The notes under the pieces are model-generated. The model made no database searches, was not told the origin of the DNA, and worked only from the letters and a program-made list of their open reading frames with translations. This document shows positions 58,662-64,000 of a stretch of 64,000 bases of DNA, one piece after another. The position numbers and the translations under genes are program-made. The stretch comes from Tubulanus polymorphus (taxonomy: Eukaryota; Animalia; Nemertea). The stretch covers positions 8,792,275-8,856,274 of the forward strand of contig NC_134032.1 in the NCBI RefSeq assembly GCF_964204645.1. The letters are read 5' to 3'. Positions within the stretch are counted from its first letter, which is position 1. Every line of letters begins with the position of its first letter.

Positions 58662-59711
58662 TCATATTTTCATTTTGATGTGGTCAACTATTTCAAAAGC
58701 TACCTCTCTGAATTTCTCATTCGTAACGCAATACACGATAAAGTTTACTGATGAATCGACGATAGAAAATCCCAACGCTATTTGTCTCATGCCCGCAACG
58801 TTTCGCATATATCCTAAAGACTGTAAACGAGAGATAAAACCAAAACCTTCACAAATGATAAACAATAAAACTACTGATAAAACCATCCTTAAAACCCGCA
58901 TTTCTCGTCTAGACGATTCATTAGTTACACCGAGATGTGAACGTCGAGTAACCCGACGGTAAAATGTCACCAGAAGCAGAATATTATTCATGATAACTAA
59001 AATGCAAATTGGAATCAAGACAGTAAGATACATGAATAGTAAACGCGCGGAAATTACATGGTGCCATTTAAAACGATTAAACCAAATAGGCCACTTTATG
59101 CGCGCACCACGCCTTGTAATGTATGGCCAATGGGCCGGGCAATTCAGGAATACAATATGACTGGGGCCTAGAAAGTGAACGAAATGGCTGCAAAAACCAA
59201 GTAGCGCAATGAACACCATCAACCATATTGATAGTAACTTTTTGGGAAATCGTCGAGATTTCATAGGAAACAATACCACAATTAACCGCTCTAGACTGAG
59301 CAGTACAGTACACCAGTTACGCGTCAGCTGAAATATGTAGAAAAAAGGCAAAGCAAACGAGATGAAAATTGCACCAAAAATCCAGTCACCCGATCGAAAC
59401 AAAATATCTCCTAAAACGGTATATACGTACGCAGTTCTAAGTGGATAAAGAATGAATGCAGCGATCATAAACAGAAGATCGTTTATAGCGAGAAGCCTGA
59501 TGAGAAAATAACTATCAGATTTGAATCGTCTTAGAATTAACAACGTGAATGCGTTGAAAATTATACCAAGTACTGAGGCCGGTAGATACCAGCCCAAATA
59601 CACAAAAACACTGAATTTGTGTTTCCACTTTACTGGTCGTGATTCATACCTCTGACACAGGCTGCGCGTCGTCAATGCGGTGCTTGTACTCGTAATGTTG
59701 TTATCGAACAT
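58662..59711 (-). CDS. Intronless class A GPCR, tandem paralog of 56222-57268, 349 aa
   Basis: Same motifs (LAINDLL, SLERLIVVLFP, DSSVNFIVYC); high identity to its neighbour, including upstream non-coding DNA. Confidence 0.92.
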   Translation of the reverse strand: MFDNNITSTSTALTTRSLCQRYESRPVKWKHKFSVFVYLGWYLPASVLGIIFNAFTLLILRRFKSDSYFLIRLLAINDLLFMIAAFILYPLRTAYVYTVLGDILFRSGDWIFGAIFISFALPFFYIFQLTRNWCTVLLSLERLIVVLFPMKSRRFPKKLLSIWLMVFIALLGFCSHFVHFLGPSHIVFLNCPAHWPYITRRGARIKWPIWFNRFKWHHVISARLLFMYLTVLIPICILVIMNNILLLVTFYRRVTRRSHLGVTNESSRREMRVLRMVLSVVLLFIICEGFGFISRLQSLGYMRNVAGMRQIALGFSIVDSSVNFIVYCVTNEKFREVAFEIVDHIKMKI

Positions 59712-60851
59712 CTCATAAACTGTAGCCCCCGACCTCTGCAGAGACAGTTTGATGAGTCTATTGAGAACCTATTTGGTCGTACTTCCATCGAAATTGAAAC
59801 ATAATGAATAAATCTAGATCTTTCTCCACGTGTCGCGCTGCCCATACAAAAAGCTAATGACCTTATAACGTTTTCTCTCTTGAATTTCAGATCCTTTGAC
59901 GATTATATATTCATTCAAAGCGCCACTGACAATGAGTACCGCATAAGCTTTAGGTATTTGGTTACATGATATATTCGTTAAATTTGTACAAAATGAAAAG
60001 ATAAGCTTAGATGTATCTCATCATAGGTATAGGTCTCAACCTTGGAACCAAACGTACCACAATGTAACCTTCGCCTGGCCTAAACTGTGAACAAGAACAT
60101 AAATCAGATTAGCGTAGTCATAGTAATATCTTGGGAGGTTTCAACCGTGGAAGCGGATCCAGGCACGGATTCAGACGCGGGTCAGCTACCAAAAAATCTT
60201 TAAATCGTTTTCTTGAAGGAATGTACTCAAGAAAAAGCAGGCGGACGGTACCACCATAATCTACAATATCATTTCATGTTTGGCCAAGCAATAAGCCGTA
60301 TAGGCCCCCAATGATTAGGGATTTTAGTCGGCAGTTTCTTAAGTGTTTCGTTAGCAAAGTCACGGCTGTAGAAATAGGCGAGGCAACTCATACTCGTAAA
60401 ATTGATACGTAATACGGTTTATTATAAAAGATGTGTACGTCGTTTGTAATCACACTAAATCTCAACTTATCTCTAGAACGTTTCATAACAACAGCCGGTC
60501 AGAAGGTGCTGCTCTTAGAAATAATTAATCCCTGAGTTGTAGTAGTTCGCAAAATTAATAGAACGGAGCGGAAAAAAATCCTCTGACAAGGTGAAGAAGC
60601 TATACTGCCAAAGTCGGGTTGTTCGTGGTTCTAATCCCGATTCAATGAAGGCGCTCGAATGTGTTTTCCTTAATCATTAGTCAAAATTACCTGTAAATAT
60701 TATTTTTAAAATAAATATCTTTAACTTCACACGATTGAATATATGAATATTGTTACTTCTTTTGATATTGCAACTTATAATTGTTATTAATAAGCTACAT
60801 GTATTAAGAAATTATATCTCTTCGTTGCTTTCAATTTATTGACTAGTTTTT

Positions 60852-60992
60852 AATAGGGAAGTTTCCAGTTACCAGGCGCCATTTTGAGAGCGATGGACGA
60901 CGATTAATCGCGCTAGAGGTTTTAGTTCAAAAAGTGTTAAAATCTGTGGGACCGCCTCAAAATGGCGCCGGGTTACTGGAAACTTCTCTATT
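60852..60992. mobile_element. 141-bp MITE with ~37-bp TIRs
   Basis: aatagggaagtttccagttaccaggcgccattttgag / ctcaaaatggcgccgggttactggaaacttctctatt. Confidence 0.85.
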
Positions 60993-61839
60993 CAGTGTGG
61001 TATACAAATACCGGCCCGTCCCGCCAGATGGCGTCACTTTACCATTTAATATATTCGATTAAAATTTCTTATCAACTTCCGTCTAAATATAAATAACTTA
61101 AAAATTAACTTGAATACACGTGTATTTTGACAATAGGCATGTTATATGGATGTGTATTTTGAAGTACACTTGCAATACACGTGTATTTTGAAATGACAAA
61201 TCAACAAAATACAGCACGAGAAAATTCCTTTAAAAACTGCTATCATACACAGAACAAGAAGCTTCCTTTCTTTCTCTTTTAGAAATCTTAATTTCGTTGT
61301 TTATTTTTTAGTCTTCTTTAATGTCAAAACTCATTACAACTTCTGCGAAAAATCAACTTTCCAATCGCTAAAAATATCAAGATTGTGAAAAAGCGTACTG
61401 ACGGAGTCGAATGGTTCTTTCGTTAGAAAATGCGGCGCGTGATGTGTTTCAACATACGAACGTGTACACCATCGATTTTAAAAATGTCAACCTACACCAC
61501 ACCGCACAGCCATATCACTCCTAATGATACAAAATATAGTTACATCATGAAATTTGAAATTCAAGCTTACCGAGCAATTACGATATCATTTAAATGCCGA
61601 TTTAATTAACCAATTTACTGCTTTGAATAAATGCCGATGTTTGAGTAGTTGATAAAGTTTCACACCAATACCCTGAACAAATCATTTGCAGTCTCTACGG
61701 ATGTCACCACGTATAAAATGGTTCAAACGGATTAATGAACCAACTAATGGTATTTTACACTAGCAAGTGACATTTTGGACTTAGACTTGAATATCGCAAC
61801 CAGCGGTAGACAAGAATTCAACGAATTATTTGAGTAATT

Positions 61840-62600
61840 AGAACGAAGACGTTGCTGGTAACACAGAATTCGGAACTATGATTAATACTGTCTATTAATC
61901 AGATATACTGTACCAAGAAAAGTGTAGCCGTTGCAAGATACGGTTTCAGTGCAGTCCTGCCATTATTGCCTGTCCGTAATCTAATTGAAGCAATTTGTGG
62001 TACTGCAATCGTCGTCACCCCCGATTTCATTCAACAACTTCCGAATAAATCCCCAGAGAACCAAACAGGTAACTATAAAGGTTTCGATTACTTGAGTTTC
62101 TATGAATTTAGGACTGATTATATCTCACCATTCCAAGTGGTAGACCTATACTTACCCTTAAATACGGAATTGATCCGGTTTGGTCTTCAAACAGCGCAAG
62201 CTATCTTCGTGTCCAGGTTTGCGTCATTGTGGTGGATTCTGACGATTGCAAATTCTTCAATAATCGGATTTGCATTGTTGATCGCAGCTAATGCCGGTTC
62301 AAAAATGATATTTAATTAGTGCTTTCGAAAATAAATCGAACAGTTGTTGGCATTTGCGGTTGGTTTCGCGATTGTTTTGTACGCGCTTCAATCGATCGGG
62401 TGCGCTACTCCATTTTGGATTCTCTTTGCTGCATTAGACCTAACCATAATTATTCGTGCCTTCTTTGATATACCGAACAACATCGACGATTCAAAAACAG
62501 AAACAACATAATTCCAGCTCAGTGTTGTGAAAGGAATGCTCAACGTCAACATAATAGATAGCCTCATAATTTTTGACGCCATAAAAACCGTTACAATGAT
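61840..62600 (+). pseudogene. Degenerate MFS (SLC18-like) transporter copy
   Basis: EKCSRCKIRFQCSPAIIAC / LIEAICGTAIVVTPDF aligns with the ORF at 63733; later FAIVLYALQSIGCATPFWILFAAL resembles the SLC18 LYxxxGxxxPF segment; several stops and frameshifts. Possible further fragment at ~63295-63500. Confidence 0.6.
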
Positions 62601-63732
62601 TTATTTTCGTGCGATAGTATATGCGTTATTCAATAACTATCACAATTGTAAATTTTGGCGTTTATTTTGTAATTAGATTTATTTCATAACTTTAATTGAT
62701 TTTATGTAAATCAACATCCGAGACGATATTAAAGACGGCTTTAGATATTTCCATAAGTCGGGTCTTTATCTTACTATTGATAGTTGGTGCCATACACTAA
62801 TATGTCGTAATGAACATCAATGTTGATTTCATTGGTTTTAGAGCATTCTCAATTCTGAAGCCTTTCTGGCGGATAACCGTTTAGATAGCACCACGCGAAG
62901 TGCCAATTAAATAGGACTTTCGTACATGAAAATTAATTGGGCCGATACTGAGTCTGGTACATCTGTCGCCTACATGAATTTGGTTACGTAAAACACGTGT
63001 TTAATAATAAAGCTAATCCATCAATTCAAATTTATTCTAATTACCATTTAAACTACATTAGTTCTTTGAATATATCGAAACAATTTAGTACTTTAAAGAA
63101 TACTGTCGACTCACTTTAATATTTTGTCGTTTCACACCAAAAAACACACGTGGCACACATGCGTGGGGCTGTCCATGAGACGTCCAAGAAGCTCGAAGGG
63201 GGGGGGGGGGGTTGTGAATTTGTCTGCTATTCAAGCTCGGTTGTCAGATGTTCGGTATTTTTGAACTTTTTTTTCCAACCTCGCATTCTCCGAGGCACTG
63301 GGATCCATCTGGTTGTCTATGATATGTTTTCATTATGTTGTGGTTGCTGTCCTGGATTTCATTACCAGCGAGGTCCTGTGGGCCTTGGACGTTTATCATA
63401 TCAATGTGGTCTCTTCCGGACAATCCAGCACATAACAAGACAACTGCTTATGATACCGTTACTCCTACTGGTTTATTCAGATTATTTTTACAATCCATGT
63501 CATGCAATGAACTTAATCTATCATTCTAGCCGCGCACCTATACGAACGTCGCCACGCAAGGTTTTGAGAAGAAAAGACAAAAGCAATCGATTTGTTCATA
63601 CGATGACCATTACTGATTACCACGAAGGATATCTCGTTATCTAGATAACAGCAACTGAGCACGGATCTGGTGATTATGAACGTTTTTGCGTAATATTTCA
63701 ACAACTCGAACCCACCTGTTGTCAACAACGAT

Positions 63733-64000
63733 ATGATGCTGCTCAATGGATTGAAAGTGACGATGGATGATAACGATGCGGATAGAGAAGTATTGGTTGA
63801 CAATGGCGCAACTGGCGAGGAATCTGAATACGGAGCTGTTGATACTCTCTCTAAAGTTCCAGAAGAAGGAAAGTGTAGTTCTTGTAAGATGCGGTTTCAG
63901 TGCAGTCCTGTAGTTATTGTGTGTATTGTTAGTTTAGCATTACTGGTACTCGAAACAACTACTGGAACTGTAATTATCGTTACATCTGATCTCCTGAAGG
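63733..64000 (+). CDS. 5' part of a membrane protein, probably an MFS/SLC18-like transporter (runs off the window)
   Basis: Open frame MMLLNGLKVTMDDNDADREVLVDNGATGEESEYGAVDTLSKVPEEGKCSSCKMRFQCSPVVIVCIVSLALLVLETTTGTVIIVTSDLLK with a first TM segment; absent from the ORF track because it has no stop. Confidence 0.6.
   Translation, partial: MMLLNGLKVTMDDNDADREVLVDNGATGEESEYGAVDTLSKVPEEGKCSSCKMRFQCSPVVIVCIVSLALLVLETTTGTVIIVTSDLLK

Noticed and set aside
62388-62582. Signal-peptide-like ORF on the - strand
   Set aside because: Antisense to the degenerate MFS transporter frame, which has paralog support.

Overview
Eukaryotic (invertebrate, probably lophotrochozoan; inferred from gene and TE families) genomic DNA, AT-rich with GT-AG introns. 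Hand-traced content: (1) a 25-exon + strand gene (90-32382, ~1718 aa) for a large, mostly disordered K/R/S/E-rich protein with a C-terminal degenerate EF-hand-like region; (2) a 5-exon gene (35695-40644, ~522 aa) for a type II membrane protein with a Gly/Ser/Thr tandem-repeat ectodomain; (3) a 5-exon, six-finger Fez/Gfi-related C2H2 transcription factor (45915-54328); (4) a - strand cluster of intronless FMRFamide-receptor-like class A GPCRs (2 intact, 2 fragments); (5) a pseudogene plus the start of an open copy of an SLC18-like MFS transporter. Introns are packed with nested mobile DNA: a 6.6-kb long-TIR element with a 4-bp TSD, many MITEs, LINE 3' remnants and minisatellites. The most unusual signal is a set of at least six minimal hammerhead-ribozyme motifs of the Penelope-like-element/retrozyme type. 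One looks catalytically intact (25455-25499, - strand), and one fold-back element (42959-43699) has had its head-to-head ribozyme junction amplified into a 43-bp palindromic satellite. CTCF-like motifs also recur inside coding exons. All coordinates were counted by eye and need computational confirmation.
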